Origin: an uncultured virus (IMG/VR IMGVR_UViG_3300031247_000001)
Taxonomy: Duplodnaviria > Heunggongvirae > Uroviricota > Caudoviricetes
DNA length: 64,000 nt
IMG/VR virus record: IMGVR_UViG_3300031247_000001
Reading direction: 5' to 3' (one strand)
Positions within the stretch are counted from its first letter, which is position 1; the number at the start of each line of letters is the position of its first letter. A model generated the notes under the pieces. It made no database searches. It saw only the letters and a program-made list of their open reading frames with translations, and was not told the DNA's origin. Both the position numbers and the translations under genes were made by a program. Shown piece after piece: positions 38,595 to 50,225 of this stretch.

Positions 38595-40787
38595 ATGACG
38601 AATCGAGCCAGACTCGGCGCTTCGGCGCGTGGCACACCCCGAGTCCCCCCTCTTACTGGTGGCGGATCGCAGGGCGCTCAAGGCGCGCCGGGCGCGCAGG
38701 GGTTTCAGGGCGCGCAGGGTTTCCAGGGCTCGGGCGGCGGCGCGCAGGGCGCGCAGGGAGCCCAGGGATTCCAGGGCGCGCAGGGGTTTCAGGGGTCGGG
38801 CGGCGGCGCGCAAGGTGCGCAGGGAGCCCAAGGCTTCCAGGGCGCCCAGGGCTTTCAGGGTAGCGGCTTCCAAGGTGCGCAGGGCGCGCAGGGCTTCCAA
38901 GGTGCGCGAGGAGCTCAGGGTTTCCAGGGCGCTATCGGACCGCAGGGCTTCCAGGGGCCGCAGGGAGCCCAAGGCTTCCAGGGGTCGCAGGGAGCCCAAG
39001 GCTTCCAGGGCGCGCAGGGCTTTCAGGGCGCTATCGGACCGCAGGGCTTCCAGGGTTTCCAGGGGGCGCAGGGCTTTCAGGGCGGCGGCTTCCAGGGCGC
39101 TCAAGGCGCGACGGGAGCGACGGGCACGCAGGGATTTCAAGGCGCAAACGGAGCTCAAGGCGCTCAGGGGTTCCAAGGATCGCAGGGTTTCCAGGGTCAG
39201 GCTGGCCCCGGCGGCGGCGCGCAGGGCGCTCAGGGTTTCCAGGGATCGCAGGGCGCGCAAGGCTTTCAGGGTGGCGGCTTTCAGGGCGCCCAAGGCGCGC
39301 AGGGCTTCCAAGGCGCGACGGGCGCGCAGGGCTTCCAAGGCGGCGGTTTCCAAGGTGCGCAAGGCGCGCAGGGTTTCCAGGGTCAGGCTGGCCCGCAGGG
39401 GTCGACCGGGCCGCAGGGCTTTCAGGGCTTCCAGGGCGCGCAAGGCTTTCAGGGTGGCGGCTTCCAGGGGGCGCAGGGCGCGACCGGCTCCCAAGGCTTT
39501 CAAGGTAGCGGTTTCCAAGGCGCGCAGGGCGCTACCGGGGTGCAAGGCTTTCAAGGCGCCCAGGGTTTTCAGGGTGCGACCGGGCCGCAGGGCTTCCAGG
39601 GATTTCAGGGAGCGCAGGGCTTTCAAGGTGGTGGGTTCCAGGGCGCGCAAGGCGCGACCGGCGTCCAAGGCTTTCAAGGCGCGCAGGGTTTCCAGGGTGC
39701 GACCGGGCCGCAGGGTTTCCAGGGATTTCAGGGAGCGCAGGGCTTTCAAGGTAGCGGTTTCCAAGGCGCGCAGGGCGCGACCGGGGTGCAAGGCTTTCAA
39801 GGCGCGCAGGGTTTCCAGGGTGCGACCGGGCCGCAGGGTTTCCAGGGTGCGCAGGGTTTTCAGGGTGGGGGGTTCCAGGGGGCGCAGGGCTCGACCGGCG
39901 CGCAGGGTTTTCAGGGAGCGCAAGGCTTCCAAGGCGGCGGCTTCCAAGGTGCGCAAGGCGCGACCGGGGTGCAAGGCTTTCAAGGCGCCCAGGGCTTTCA
40001 GGGTGCGACGGGCGCGCAGGGTTTCCAGGGATTCCAGGGCGCGCAAGGCTTTCAAGGCGGCGGCTTCCAGGGCGCGACGGGTACGCAAGGGTTCCAGGGG
40101 GCGCAAGGCTTTCAGGGCGGCGGGTTCCAGGGAGCGCAAGGCGCGACCGGGGTGCAAGGCTTCCAAGGCGCCCAGGGCTTTCAGGGTGCGACCGGGCCGC
40201 AGGGCTTCCAGGGATTCCAGGGGGCGCAGGGGTTTCAGGGCGGCGGCTTCCAGGGCGCTCAAGGCGCGACCGGCGTCCAGGGTTTTCAAGGAGCGCAGGG
40301 TTTTCAAGGAGCCCAGGGATCTCAAGGGTTTCAGGGATCGGGAGGCGGCGCGCAGGGCGCTCAAGGCGCGCAGGGCGCTCAAGGATTTCAGGGGTCGGGC
40401 GGCGGCGCGCAAGGCGCTCAAGGCGCCCAGGGGTTTCAGGGCGCGCAGGGTTTCCAAGGCGCGGGCGCGCAGGGCGCTCAAGGTGCCCAAGGCGGCGGCA
40501 GTGGGACGGGGCTCACCATCGTCGCGCGCGGGACAGTCACCGTCAACGGCTTCGGCGCCGCCTCTCTTGGTCCCTACACGAACGCCGCCGGTCTTGCGGT
40601 GACGCTCTTCCTCACGGTGGTGCCGACAGGCAACGGCGATGACTCGTCCTGGGGCGTGAGCTCGACGGGCGCCGCGATCAGCTGGAAGTTTCACGACTCG
40701 GGTTTCAGCGGCACGCAATACGGATTTACGATCACCAACAACAACGGCACCAACCGCACGATGTTCTACGCGGTTGTTGGGGTGTGA
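38595..40787 (+). CDS. Collagen-like fibre protein (about 610 aa of Gly-X-Gln repeats plus a small C-terminal beta domain)
   Basis: [12 protein letters not shown] triplets with GG interruptions. Confidence 0.9.
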   Translation: MTNRARLGASARGTPRVPPLTGGGSQGAQGAPGAQGFQGAQGFQGSGGGAQGAQGAQGFQGAQGFQGSGGGAQGAQGAQGFQGAQGFQGSGFQGAQGAQGFQGARGAQGFQGAIGPQGFQGPQGAQGFQGSQGAQGFQGAQGFQGAIGPQGFQGFQGAQGFQGGGFQGAQGATGATGTQGFQGANGAQGAQGFQGSQGFQGQAGPGGGAQGAQGFQGSQGAQGFQGGGFQGAQGAQGFQGATGAQGFQGGGFQGAQGAQGFQGQAGPQGSTGPQGFQGFQGAQGFQGGGFQGAQGATGSQGFQGSGFQGAQGATGVQGFQGAQGFQGATGPQGFQGFQGAQGFQGGGFQGAQGATGVQGFQGAQGFQGATGPQGFQGFQGAQGFQGSGFQGAQGATGVQGFQGAQGFQGATGPQGFQGAQGFQGGGFQGAQGSTGAQGFQGAQGFQGGGFQGAQGATGVQGFQGAQGFQGATGAQGFQGFQGAQGFQGGGFQGATGTQGFQGAQGFQGGGFQGAQGATGVQGFQGAQGFQGATGPQGFQGFQGAQGFQGGGFQGAQGATGVQGFQGAQGFQGAQGSQGFQGSGGGAQGAQGAQGAQGFQGSGGGAQGAQGAQGFQGAQGFQGAGAQGAQGAQGGGSGTGLTIVARGTVTVNGFGAASLGPYTNAAGLAVTLFLTVVPTGNGDDSSWGVSSTGAAISWKFHDSGFSGTQYGFTITNNNGTNRTMFYAVVGV

Positions 40788-40788
40788 T

Positions 40789-41505
40789 TCAGCGCCCGGG
40801 ACCCGACCACACGCGCATCAAAAATTCGTTGTCGTAGATGTTGCCCGGGATGACGCCGGGAATCATCTCGTGCCGCCAGAGCACGTACGGCAAGGAGAGC
40901 TGGTCCTGCACCGACCAGTGCACGCACTCATCGAGCCACGCCTTCTCGAGCTCAGCAATCGGTGGCCAGTGCCAGCGCGCGATGCAGCCGCCGGCATAGA
41001 GACGGTAGCCCTCGAGCGCTTTTGGCATCCCCGCCGATCGGTAGTGCGCCACCTGCTCGATGCAGGGCTCACCCTGGTACTTCGGGAACGTCATCGAGAA
41101 TTCGGCCTCGGCCTCGAGCGAGCGGAGCGGATCTTCTGGGTGCTCGAAGAGCGCAATGGATGCCCTAGGACTCCGAACACCCCGAGTGGTGATGCCAGTC
41201 AGCGCGTGGTGACAGCGCTGCAGCATCAAGTGAGGCTCCTTCACGCGCACGCTCGAGTCGATGTAGATCGACCACTCCCTGTCCGGGAACAAGTGGCACG
41301 CGCTCATCTTGAACCACTTTGCGTCCATGCGCGGCGACCTGAAGACGCTCCGGCGCACGAAGACTCTCCAGTGCGGGAGTTTGTCGACGAGCGAAGTATC
41401 GTCGGTGAAGCAGACGAGATCGGCGACGCCGCCGAGATCCGGGATGTCGACGGGCTTGTCGTGGTCGCCGAAGCACGCGGTGTAGATGATGGGCTTGTCG
41501 GTCAT
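40789..41505 (-). CDS. DUF616 (TOD1/MUCI70-like) glycosyltransferase
   Basis: IYTACFGDHD, CFTD, KWFKMSACHLFP, SIYIDSS, HP..R and DQLSLPYVLW. Confidence 0.8.
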   Translation of the reverse strand: MTDKPIIYTACFGDHDKPVDIPDLGGVADLVCFTDDTSLVDKLPHWRVFVRRSVFRSPRMDAKWFKMSACHLFPDREWSIYIDSSVRVKEPHLMLQRCHHALTGITTRGVRSPRASIALFEHPEDPLRSLEAEAEFSMTFPKYQGEPCIEQVAHYRSAGMPKALEGYRLYAGGCIARWHWPPIAELEKAWLDECVHWSVQDQLSLPYVLWRHEMIPGVIPGNIYDNEFLMRVWSGPGR

Positions 41506-41507
41506 GC

Positions 41508-42131
41508 TCAGCGCGCGATGTTGAAGAAGAATAGCTGCGCGAGGCGCGGATTCTCGGCGGTGAAGCCCTCGTAGCTCGTCGCCGAATGAATGAGCTGTGC
41601 GTCCCAGAGCACGAGCCGGTTGTAGACGCTGCCGACGCGATCGACGAGCTCCCAGTTGTCCGGATGCGTGAGATTGAACTCGCTGTACACCTCGGCGTAG
41701 GCCTCAGCATTGGTGGGTGGCCGCCGGCACGCATAGTCGGTGTTTCGCCAGAAGCTCGTGCCGGCGTCGATGCGCGAGTAGGGAGCGCCCTCATAGGCAG
41801 GCGCCTGGGTCAAGTAAATCGCGGCCGCATAATTCTGCGTGTCCGAATGCCACACGAGGGGATCTTCTCCCGTCGTCTTCTGGAACGACCCATTGGCTGG
41901 CTGATCGAGCCAGTCGACGATGCTGACGCCGAGCACACGCTGAAATTCCTCCCGCACCCAGGGAAACAAAAACTTCTGCTTCGAGCGCAGGCCCTTGAAG
42001 TAGCGGAGATCGGCCTCGTACTCGGTCTCGAGCGCGAGCGCTCGCACGGCGTCGGGGTCTTTGTAAAAATCGTCGACCACGAGGATCGCGGGGGTGCGGC
42101 GATGAAAGCTCCCCACTGGCACACTCACCAT
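41508..42131 (-). CDS. 2OG-Fe(II) oxygenase (DUF6445-like)
   Basis: VVDDFYKDPD, WHSD, IYLT, GTSFW, YNRLVLW...HSA and RLAQLFF (HxD...H...R). Confidence 0.8.
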   Translation of the reverse strand: MVSVPVGSFHRRTPAILVVDDFYKDPDAVRALALETEYEADLRYFKGLRSKQKFLFPWVREEFQRVLGVSIVDWLDQPANGSFQKTTGEDPLVWHSDTQNYAAAIYLTQAPAYEGAPYSRIDAGTSFWRNTDYACRRPPTNAEAYAEVYSEFNLTHPDNWELVDRVGSVYNRLVLWDAQLIHSATSYEGFTAENPRLAQLFFFNIAR

Positions 42132-42508
42132 TGTCGGCCTTCTTTCACTGCACGGTCCCTGCGATCCCATTCTTTTTTGATGGCTTTCCTGAGCGGCTCG
42201 AGCTCGAGCCTGAGCTCGGCGAGCACGAGCGGGCGAAAGAGTTTCCAGAAGCGTTGCACGGCGTCAGCGCCGACTTCGGGGCCGCCTTCCCAGTCGGGGA
42301 TGAGCGCTTCCAGGGCGGGCTTCGTGAGGATGTGCCCATTGATCTCATCGGCGTACTCGGTGAGACCGAAGACGCGCTCCTCGTCCGTCTCCCCGAACGA
42401 CTCGACGATCTCTTCGGCGGTCTGTCGGGCAAGGCGGTAAAACACGCTGGGCAGCGTGCTCATGGGGTTTGCTCTGGGTGCGGCATGGGGTCCCTTTCGA
42501 TGAGGCAT
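42125..42508 (-). CDS. Hypothetical protein
   Basis: Coupled to the oxygenase gene; start uncertain (42463 or 42508). Confidence 0.45.
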   Translation of the reverse strand: MPHRKGPHAAPRANPMSTLPSVFYRLARQTAEEIVESFGETDEERVFGLTEYADEINGHILTKPALEALIPDWEGGPEVGADAVQRFWKLFRPLVLAELRLELEPLRKAIKKEWDRRDRAVKEGRQW

Positions 42509-42585
42509 CTTAGACCATCGCGCGTGAGTTCTTCTACGCCCGATTCCGTCGTCGCCTTCCTCTCCGCTGATTTCAGACCAGGGCA

Positions 42586-42958
42586 CCACCCCTCACCCCA
42601 AAAACTTGAGCCGCACCCGAAAGGCAGGGTAGTCTCGGCTCCGCTAGGTCGGTTTGGGCTCGAGCTGCTGCCCGCAGACCAACGGAACGATCGAGCGGCG
42701 CGCAGATTTGCGTTTTCCCTCGGAGTGTCCCCTGCCTATGGGCCAAAGTAGCGTTGCTAGCCGAAATATCGGGGCGGTCGCCACTCTTGTGGGGGACTCA
42801 AGTTCCCTCGAAAACGTCGGCACCCAAACGCTCGCAGATGGCTGCCTCTGCTACGTGCAGTCTGAGCTCAAGCACTACGAGCTCCACAAAGGCGCGACCG
42901 CCCCTTCCGATCCGCCCTTCGTCATCGTGCCGTCTGGCGGCATCGGTCGCTGGGTGCC
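42586..42958 (+). repeat. Duplicated promoter + leader + N-terminal anchor module, copy 1
   Basis: High identity to 44258-44629; includes AAAAAC-TTGAGC-N18-TAGTCT. Confidence 0.85.
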
Positions 42959-44204
42959 ATCGGCAAGCCAGGGCGCGCAAGGGCCGCAGGGAACGTCCGG
43001 TGTGCAGGGACCGCAGGGAGCGCAAGGGGTCAGCGAGCCGTCGCCCGCATTTCGCGCGACCTACTATGTCGATCCGTTGTTTACGGGGACGCAAGCTGGG
43101 AGTCAGGCCAACCCCTACACGTCGGTTGCTGATGCGTTTGCCGCCGGAACTCTACTCGGTGTCGTCGATGGGGTGGTCTTCATTCCGCCGGGGCCCATTG
43201 CCGAAAATATCGTTTTTCCGCCATCGGGTAGTTGGGAGCTTTCGTCAACGGCGCACTGCCAAACCCAAAGAACCCAACTCACTGGCACCATCACCCTGGA
43301 CAGCACCGCGCAGGCGTTTCACAGCATCAGCAACATCGTGGTGCTCGGAGCGATCTCGGGCAACAAAGCCAACGCAAGCACGAACCGCCTCTTCTTCCGC
43401 AATGTGGCCCTGAACACCACCCTGTCGCTCACCGCTTCTGGTGGTGGCAGTTGGCTGGTTTTCTTCGACGGCACAATTCCTGTGCCTGGCAACACCACTG
43501 GTTTGCTAGCTGGGATCTTCGGCACGTGCGCGATAGCAGGCTCTCTGTTCGCGTCCTCATGCAACCTCGAAAATCTGATCACGGTATCCGGGGACAGTGC
43601 CTTCAATAATATCTACTTCAACAACAACCAGCATGATGTGCTCGTAGCCACGGATGGCCCCGGACTCGTCACGCTCACGTTCCTCAATTGTGTGCAGAAG
43701 AATCCAGCCACGATCACCGCCACGACGGGGAGTGTACTGGCTCAGTTCGATGGCTTTAGCTGGGCTTCGGCTTGCGATCTCGGTCTGATCGCGGGCACGG
43801 CATGCACGCTGAAGACCCTGAACTCCAATGTGTCGTCGGTCACGACCGAAACGGGCAATAAGGCTTCGACTCCGGTCAGCAGTCGCAATCCGCTGACGGG
43901 TCAGATCCCGGGTCGCTCGCCCGAGGGGCTCTATGAATTCATCTTTGAGGCAACTCTGTTGGTGCCCGGCACGAATGGGCTTTTTCAAGTCAACGCGATC
44001 TATACCGACATGACCGGGACGCTCGTCACGGTGCCCGTTGGGAGCGCGCTGAACATCGCTTCCGCTGCAGGGACGAAAGCGTCCGGCAGTTTGCCGCTTC
44101 ATCACAATGGGGCGCCGCCGCCGATTGCTTTTTCGATCACCGGCGTCGCGACCCCCGGATCGCTGTCGGTCTCTCTCGTGGTTGTTTCACGCCGCACCAA
44201 TTAA
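42738..44204 (+). CDS. Short fibre/spike: anchor, short collagen, beta-helix-like domain, C-terminal beta domain
   Basis: GAQGPQ repeat; YYVDP...GSQANPY motif typical of beta-helix starts. Confidence 0.75.
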   Translation: MGQSSVASRNIGAVATLVGDSSSLENVGTQTLADGCLCYVQSELKHYELHKGATAPSDPPFVIVPSGGIGRWVPSASQGAQGPQGTSGVQGPQGAQGVSEPSPAFRATYYVDPLFTGTQAGSQANPYTSVADAFAAGTLLGVVDGVVFIPPGPIAENIVFPPSGSWELSSTAHCQTQRTQLTGTITLDSTAQAFHSISNIVVLGAISGNKANASTNRLFFRNVALNTTLSLTASGGGSWLVFFDGTIPVPGNTTGLLAGIFGTCAIAGSLFASSCNLENLITVSGDSAFNNIYFNNNQHDVLVATDGPGLVTLTFLNCVQKNPATITATTGSVLAQFDGFSWASACDLGLIAGTACTLKTLNSNVSSVTTETGNKASTPVSSRNPLTGQIPGRSPEGLYEFIFEATLLVPGTNGLFQVNAIYTDMTGTLVTVPVGSALNIASAAGTKASGSLPLHHNGAPPPIAFSITGVATPGSLSVSLVVVSRRTN

Positions 44205-44257
44205 AAATGCGGGCGCCACTCTCCGGAGCCGACGCCGCGCCGGAATTCCGCAACTTT

Positions 44258-44629
44258 CCACCCCTCGCCCCAAAAACTTGAGCCGCACCCGAAAGGCAGG
44301 GTAGTCTCGCCCCACTAGGTCGGTTTGGGCTCGGGCTGCTGCCCGCAGGCAAACGGGACGATCGAGCGGCGCGCAGATTTGCGCTTTCCCTCGGAGCGTC
44401 CCTTGACCATGGACACCAGCAGCGTTGCCAGCCGAAATATCGGGGCAGTAGCCACCCTCCTCGGTGCGCCCAATTCCCTCGAAAACGTCGGCACGCAAAC
44501 CCTCGACGACGGTTGCTGGGCTTACGTGCAGTCCGAGCTCAAGCACTACGAGCTCCACAAAGAATCGACTGCCCCGTCCAATCCTCCCTTCGTCATCGTG
44601 CCGATCTGCGGCGTCGGTCGCTGGGTGCC
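44258..44629 (+). repeat. Duplicated promoter + leader + N-terminal anchor module, copy 2
   Basis: High identity to 42586-42958. Confidence 0.85.
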
Positions 44630-47600
44630 TGGCGGTGGCGGCGCGCAGGGCGTGCAAGGGGCTCAGGGTCCGCAGGGCGCGCAGGGTTTTCAAGGTGGCG
44701 GCTTCCAAGGCGCGCAAGGCGCAGTCGGCACGCAGGGCTCACAAGGTGCGCAGGGCGCACAGGGGCGCCAAGGCTTCCAGGGGAACGGCACGCAAGGCGC
44801 GCAGGGATCTCCGGGCGCGCAAGGCCCGAGCGGCGGCGCGCAGGGCGCTCAAGGCGCGAGCGGCGTGCAGGGTTTCCAGGGCGCGCAGGGGTTTCAGGGC
44901 GGCGGCTTCCAAGGTGCGCAGGGCCAGACCGGCGCTCAAGGCGCTGGCGGCGGCGCGCAGGGCGCTCAAGGCGCGAGCGGCGTGCAAGGTTTCCAGGGCG
45001 CGCAAGGCTTTCAGGGTGGCGGCTTCCAGGGCGCGCAAGGCAATCCCGGCGCGCAAGGAGCGACGGGCACGACCGGCGCGCAGGGCAGCCAAGGGGCGGC
45101 GGGCACGACCGGCGCGCAGGGTAACACCGGCGCGCAGGGATCCCAGGGCAATCAAGGCGCGAGCGGCGTGCAAGGTTTCCAGGGAGCGCAAGGCAACCAA
45201 GGGACGCAAGGCGCGGGCTTCCAGGGCGCGCAGGGCTTTCAGGGCGCGCTCGGTGTCACCGGCGCGCAGGGTTTTCAGGGCTTCCAGGGCGGCGGCTTTC
45301 AGGGCGCGCAGGGATCTTCGGGCGCGCAGGGTCCAGGCGGCGGCGCGCAGGGCGCTCAAGGTGCGCAAGGCACGCAGGGCGCTCAGGGCACGCAGGGCGC
45401 GGGCTTCCAGGGCGCTCAAGGCTCGACCGGCACGCAGGGTGGCACCGGCGTGCAGGGTTTCCAGGGCGCTCAAGGCTTTCAAGGCGGCGGCTTCCAAGGC
45501 GCGCAGGGCGGCACGGGCCCGCAGGGTCCCGGCGGCGGCGCGCAAGGCGCGCAGGGCGCAGCCGGCACGCAAGGCTTTCAAGGCGCGACGGGTGTGCAAG
45601 GCTTCCAGGGAGCGCAGGGCTTCCAGGGAGCGCTCGGTGTCACGGGCGCGCAGGGCTTCCAGGGGTCGCAGGGCTTCCAGGGTGGCGGCTTCCAAGGCGC
45701 ACAGGGATCGTCCGGCGCGCAAGGTCCCGGCGGCGGCGCGCAGGGCGCTCAGGGCGCATCCGGCACGCAAGGCTTCCAGGGAGCGCAAGGTTTTCAGGGC
45801 GGCGGGTTTCAGGGCGCGCAAGGTCAGACCGGCGCGCAGGGCGCGGGTGGCGGCGCGCAAGGCGCGCAGGGCGCTCAGGGTAGCGGCGGCCAGCTCAATC
45901 CCGCCAACGTCGCGGCGCTCCAAGCGATCAACGCGACCTCGCTCCCGTCGGGCACGCTCGCCGACACGGGCGTCGTCGGCGATCTCTATCGCCTGAACAA
46001 ATCCCCGACCGCCGGTGAGACCGCAGGCATCGACGCCACCAACGTCGTTGCCGTGACGACGCCAGCGGGCAGCGTCTTCGAGCGGCTCGGTCTCGCGAAC
46101 AAGTCGTTTGCGTTCGTGGGCGCATGGTTTATCGACGGCACGGCTGGCAACGACACGAACGATGGTCTCACGAGCGGCACGGCGCTCAAAACGCCGAGCG
46201 AGCTCGCTCAACGCCTGAGCCCCGGTGGACAGCTCTGCAGGATCCAGCAGTCAGTCACCGTCCAGATCGCTAACGTCCCCGCGGGCGAGATCAACCTCAA
46301 CCTGGACGCGCCGCCAGGATCTGGGTTTGCCTTCACGATCCAGGGTGATTTTACGAGCAGCGCGCCCATCACGCTCGCCACCGTCGTCGATACGGTCGCC
46401 TCCGCATCCCCCGTGCGAGGTCGGCTTACCACCGCGAGCGGGACGTTCGTGGACAAGGCCCGCATTCGATCGACCAGTGGCGCGGCGGTTGGAGCGATTA
46501 CTTATTCCACGGGGCTCAACTCCACGACGGATACGTGGGTTAAGGCCTGGCAACTCGGCCTGGCCAACGCGCAAACGAACATCGCTCCGGGCACCACTTG
46601 TGTCGTGGACACGCTGGTATCCACGCTCACGATTGCCAGGATCAAGCTCGGTCGCAATATCGCTCTCCGCGTCAACGACTTGAAGCTCCCGAACGGGATC
46701 GAGGTTGACAACTTCGACAGCGGTAGCGCCTCCGATTTGATACAGCAGTGCGAGCTCGGATCGGCCAGCACGACGTGTCGGCTCTTGGGCAATGTGCAGT
46801 TCATCAACTGCAACGGGGTCAACGCTCTAAACACTGGCGTCACCAACACGCCGCAGCCGATCTTCCGAGGCTGCGTGCTCGGCGGTACGTTCTTTTCGGG
46901 CGCAGGCGCGGCGGCCGCTTGCCCGAGCATGCAGGGCGGAACCAATTGCTTCAACGGAGGCGCGCTCTTTCTGGGCGGCAATACGGCGACCGCCATGGCG
47001 AGCCATGGACTCGATACTGCCGTCGAGTGGGTCAATGGCGTCGCGGCGGTCGCGATCACGGTGAAGAAGGGCGCCATCCTCGGGATCCGAGGACAGCAAT
47101 TCGGGTTTGGAGGGACTTACTCGATCGGCATCCAAATGGAGAGCGGCAGCACTGCCGTAACGGACTCAGCGTCGCTCGTTGCCATCCCCGCAACGCAGCA
47201 GCTGTCGATGACGGGGCACAATCTCAACTACTCGGACATCCCCGCCAATACGTTTTTCCCACGAGCCGCGTGCGTGTTCGCGATCAACCCCGATCCGGGC
47301 GCGACGAGCGGATCGCAAGGGTTTCAGGGCGCGCAAGGCGTGCAAGGTGCGCAGGGTTTCCAGGGCTCAGGCGGCGGAGCTCAGGGCGCACAAGGCGCTC
47401 CCGGCGTCGCTGGATCGCAAGGCTTCCAGGGCGCGACGGGCGCAAGCGGCGGCGCGGGCTTCCAGGGCGCGCAAGGCGCCTCCGGGCCGCAGGGCTTCCA
47501 GGGCGGCCTCGGTCAGGGCGGCGCGCAGGGATCGCAGGGTCGTCAAGGCGCGACCGGCACCGCGGGCGCCGCGGGCACGCAAGGCTTCCAGGGCGCGCAG

Positions 47601-49730
47601 GGCGGCGGCTTCCAAGGCGCCCAGGGCGCGCAGGGTCAGACGGGTCCGGGCGGCGGCTCGCAAGGCGCGCAGGGCGCGACGGGCGTGCAGGGCTTCCAGG
47701 GCGCGCAGGGCTTCCAGGGTGGCGGCTTCCAGGGCGCCACCGGATCGCAGGGCGCGACCGGCACGCAAGGCTTCCAGGGCGCGCAGGGTTTCCAAGGTGG
47801 CGGGTTTCAAGGCGCGCAGGGTGCAACCGGCGTGCAGGGCTTCCAAGGCGCGCAGGGTTTTCAAGGCGGCGGCTTCCAAGGGGCCACCGGATCGCAGGGC
47901 GCGACCGGCACGCAGGGCGGCCAGGGCGCGCAAGGCGCGACCGGCGCTGGCACGCAGGGCGCGCAAGGCGCGACCGGTACGCAAGGCTTTCAAGGCGCGC
48001 AGGGCTTTCAAGGCGGCGGCTTCCAAGGCGCCACCGGATCGCAAGGCGCGACGGGCACGCAGGGATCGCAAGGCGCGCCCGGATCGGGATCGCAAGGCGC
48101 GCAGGGCGCAGCGGGCACGCAGGGCTTCCAGGGCGCGCAAGGTCGACAGGGGAGCACCGGCACGGCAGGCACCGCTGGCGCTCAAGGCGCGCAGGGTAAC
48201 ACGGGCGCGACCGGCACGACGGGCGCGCAGGGCGCCTCTGGCCCGGCGGGCGTGCAAGGCTTTCAAGGTGGCGTCGGCCCCGGCGGCGCGCAGGGATCGC
48301 AGGGTCGCCAAGGCGCAACCGGCGTGCAAGGCGCGGTCGGCCCGCAGGGATTCCAAGGCGCGACGGGCGCCGGCACGCAGGGCGCGCAGGGTCGCCAAGG
48401 CTTCCAGGGCGCCGCGGGCGTGCAGGGCGCCCAGGGCTCGTCGGTGGCGCCGCTCACGCAGGTCTTCTACGTCGACTCCAAGAATACGGGCGCCGCGAAC
48501 GGCTCCATCCAGGCGCCCTTCGCGTCGATGACGGCGGCGCTCGCTGTGGTGCCTCTCAATGTGCCGACGACGTTCTTGGTGACGCCGCACACGTACGCCG
48601 AGACGATCACGATTACTAACGCGCAGGCGGACATCACCATCGTTGGGCTCGGGCCGCCGACGGATCAGTCGGTGATCTTCACCGGCGCGTGCCATGCGTC
48701 GTTCTTGTCGTCGGACTCGACGCTCACGCTCCAAAACATCCTGGTTGAGGGCGCGCTCACCGAGACTTCTGCTTCCGATCTCGGCACGACCTTCGCGCTC
48801 GTCGACACGCACATCGGCGGCAACGTCACCGGCACCGGCTCGAACGTCGGCAGCACCAAGCTTCGGATGGGCTCGGCCCTCCCGTACGAAAGCGGCAGCG
48901 GCACCGGCGTAGTGATCGACGGCGACCTCACGACCTTCGAGCAGGTGCTCGCAGAGAACGCCAGCATCGCGAATTTCGCCGGCCCAACCGCCGACAATCA
49001 GCAGTTCGCGAACCGCTTTACCAACTGCTACTTCGGCTCCGCAAACCTCGGGGGCCCATCGATCTGCGAGGGCTGCGTCTTCCCAAGTGGACTGGCCTCA
49101 GCGGCGTCCTCGACCACCGCGAGCTACCTCACGGACTGCGTCATCGACGGCGACATGCTGTCATCGACGGGCCACTCGCTTTATGTAAACGGGGGCCTCA
49201 TCGGAGCGGGCGCCCCCATCCCGCCCCTCGCGCTCAATTGGCACGGGATCGTCAATTTCCGAAACACCCTCTTCGGTCCGTTTTCTAGCGGTCACGTCGC
49301 AATCACGGCGCCGCTCACGACCCTCCAGCTCGACAGCGCGAGTGAGCGAAGTCTCTTTTCGACGACCGGAGGCAAGGCGACGCTCTCGGCGGATTCGGTC
49401 GGGATCTACGCGCTCGATCAGGGAGAGTCGGATGCGGTGCAACTCGCGGACTCGTCCTCGGGATACGGCGTCGCTGGGATCGGTCGGCTGTTTCTGCCGT
49501 CGACCAAGCTCACGGCCGACCGCACGATTCAGTTGGCGGCGGGCGGCGGGTCTGGGCTCGATATGCTGCCGCTCGATGTCTACGGCACCAACGGTCACAC
49601 GCTGACGGTGCAGTTCAATTCGGTGACCATCAAAACGATCGTTAGCTCGCACGTGCCCGCTCGGTACTTCTTCCAAGTATCAGAAGACAACACGGTCGTG
49701 GTTTACATCGGAGTGGAGAGCTTCCAATGA
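44409..49730 (+). CDS. Giant collagen-like fibre with two globular (beta-helix-like) modules
   Basis: Two Gly-X-Gln tracts; [14 protein letters not shown] and FYVDS...GSIQAPF motifs. Confidence 0.88.
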   Translation: MDTSSVASRNIGAVATLLGAPNSLENVGTQTLDDGCWAYVQSELKHYELHKESTAPSNPPFVIVPICGVGRWVPGGGGAQGVQGAQGPQGAQGFQGGGFQGAQGAVGTQGSQGAQGAQGRQGFQGNGTQGAQGSPGAQGPSGGAQGAQGASGVQGFQGAQGFQGGGFQGAQGQTGAQGAGGGAQGAQGASGVQGFQGAQGFQGGGFQGAQGNPGAQGATGTTGAQGSQGAAGTTGAQGNTGAQGSQGNQGASGVQGFQGAQGNQGTQGAGFQGAQGFQGALGVTGAQGFQGFQGGGFQGAQGSSGAQGPGGGAQGAQGAQGTQGAQGTQGAGFQGAQGSTGTQGGTGVQGFQGAQGFQGGGFQGAQGGTGPQGPGGGAQGAQGAAGTQGFQGATGVQGFQGAQGFQGALGVTGAQGFQGSQGFQGGGFQGAQGSSGAQGPGGGAQGAQGASGTQGFQGAQGFQGGGFQGAQGQTGAQGAGGGAQGAQGAQGSGGQLNPANVAALQAINATSLPSGTLADTGVVGDLYRLNKSPTAGETAGIDATNVVAVTTPAGSVFERLGLANKSFAFVGAWFIDGTAGNDTNDGLTSGTALKTPSELAQRLSPGGQLCRIQQSVTVQIANVPAGEINLNLDAPPGSGFAFTIQGDFTSSAPITLATVVDTVASASPVRGRLTTASGTFVDKARIRSTSGAAVGAITYSTGLNSTTDTWVKAWQLGLANAQTNIAPGTTCVVDTLVSTLTIARIKLGRNIALRVNDLKLPNGIEVDNFDSGSASDLIQQCELGSASTTCRLLGNVQFINCNGVNALNTGVTNTPQPIFRGCVLGGTFFSGAGAAAACPSMQGGTNCFNGGALFLGGNTATAMASHGLDTAVEWVNGVAAVAITVKKGAILGIRGQQFGFGGTYSIGIQMESGSTAVTDSASLVAIPATQQLSMTGHNLNYSDIPANTFFPRAACVFAINPDPGATSGSQGFQGAQGVQGAQGFQGSGGGAQGAQGAPGVAGSQGFQGATGASGGAGFQGAQGASGPQGFQGGLGQGGAQGSQGRQGATGTAGAAGTQGFQGAQGGGFQGAQGAQGQTGPGGGSQGAQGATGVQGFQGAQGFQGGGFQGATGSQGATGTQGFQGAQGFQGGGFQGAQGATGVQGFQGAQGFQGGGFQGATGSQGATGTQGGQGAQGATGAGTQGAQGATGTQGFQGAQGFQGGGFQGATGSQGATGTQGSQGAPGSGSQGAQGAAGTQGFQGAQGRQGSTGTAGTAGAQGAQGNTGATGTTGAQGASGPAGVQGFQGGVGPGGAQGSQGRQGATGVQGAVGPQGFQGATGAGTQGAQGRQGFQGAAGVQGAQGSSVAPLTQVFYVDSKNTGAANGSIQAPFASMTAALAVVPLNVPTTFLVTPHTYAETITITNAQADITIVGLGPPTDQSVIFTGACHASFLSSDSTLTLQNILVEGALTETSASDLGTTFALVDTHIGGNVTGTGSNVGSTKLRMGSALPYESGSGTGVVIDGDLTTFEQVLAENASIANFAGPTADNQQFANRFTNCYFGSANLGGPSICEGCVFPSGLASAASSTTASYLTDCVIDGDMLSSTGHSLYVNGGLIGAGAPIPPLALNWHGIVNFRNTLFGPFSSGHVAITAPLTTLQLDSASERSLFSTTGGKATLSADSVGIYALDQGESDAVQLADSSSGYGVAGIGRLFLPSTKLTADRTIQLAAGGGSGLDMLPLDVYGTNGHTLTVQFNSVTIKTIVSSHVPARYFFQVSEDNTVVVYIGVESFQ

Positions 49731-50119
49731 GTGACTTTCGAGCTGGGCCCTGGACGCTACCGATCCCCCGGTTTCTCAATCTGCACACGACCGGGCTCTC
49801 GGCGCCCGTCTCGATCAACGCCCCCGTCGTCACGCCGGTCGGGCTCTACCGGGTGTCGATGAGCATCGCGATCACGACCGCGGGCTCCGCCGGGCAGCTC
49901 ATCATGTCGGTGGTGAGTAACGGCGAGGGCGGATCTTCCCAGATACAGTCGCTCGCGGCGGTCAGCGTCAATACGCTCGGCGATCTCGCCCAGGATGCGT
50001 TCGTGGTCGATGTCGCCTCTGCCAACGTATCCTACAAGGTGGACGGCGTAGGGCTCACCGCGGGCTCGCTCAAGTACGCCATCCGGCTCGTCATCGAGCA
50101 GATCTCGGCGCTCCCCTGA
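49727..50119 (+). CDS. Small beta-sandwich virion protein, similar to the C-terminus of 42738-44204
   Basis: PVGLYRV..TAGSAG and [13 protein letters not shown] versus PEGLYEF..VPGTNG and GSLSVSLVVVSRR. Confidence 0.6.
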   Translation: MSDFRAGPWTLPIPRFLNLHTTGLSAPVSINAPVVTPVGLYRVSMSIAITTAGSAGQLIMSVVSNGEGGSSQIQSLAAVSVNTLGDLAQDAFVVDVASANVSYKVDGVGLTAGSLKYAIRLVIEQISALP

Positions 50120-50145
50120 AACGTGTGACATCGGGACTGCCCGGC

Positions 50146-50181
50146 AAAAACTTGCGCGCACACCGAGTCCTCCGATAGCCT
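50146..50181 (+). promoter_or_regulatory. Conserved promoter AAAAAC-TTGCGC-N18-TAGCCT
   Basis: Recurrent motif. Confidence 0.65.
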
Positions 50182-50225
50182 CGGAGAGTCATGCATTCAT
50201 TCACCCGTAGGGATTGCCGATGGCC

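Noticed and set aside
38650..40500. Dense 9-bp-periodic DNA repeats as a possible CRISPR or satellite array
   Set aside because: They are fully explained by collagen coding with synonymous variation, and there are no unique spacers.
38538..40718. Long alternative-frame and antisense ORFs over the collagen genes (also 44464-48812)
   Set aside because: They are shadow ORFs created by the stop-free GGN-NNN-CAR repeat; the Gly-X-Gln frame is the real one.
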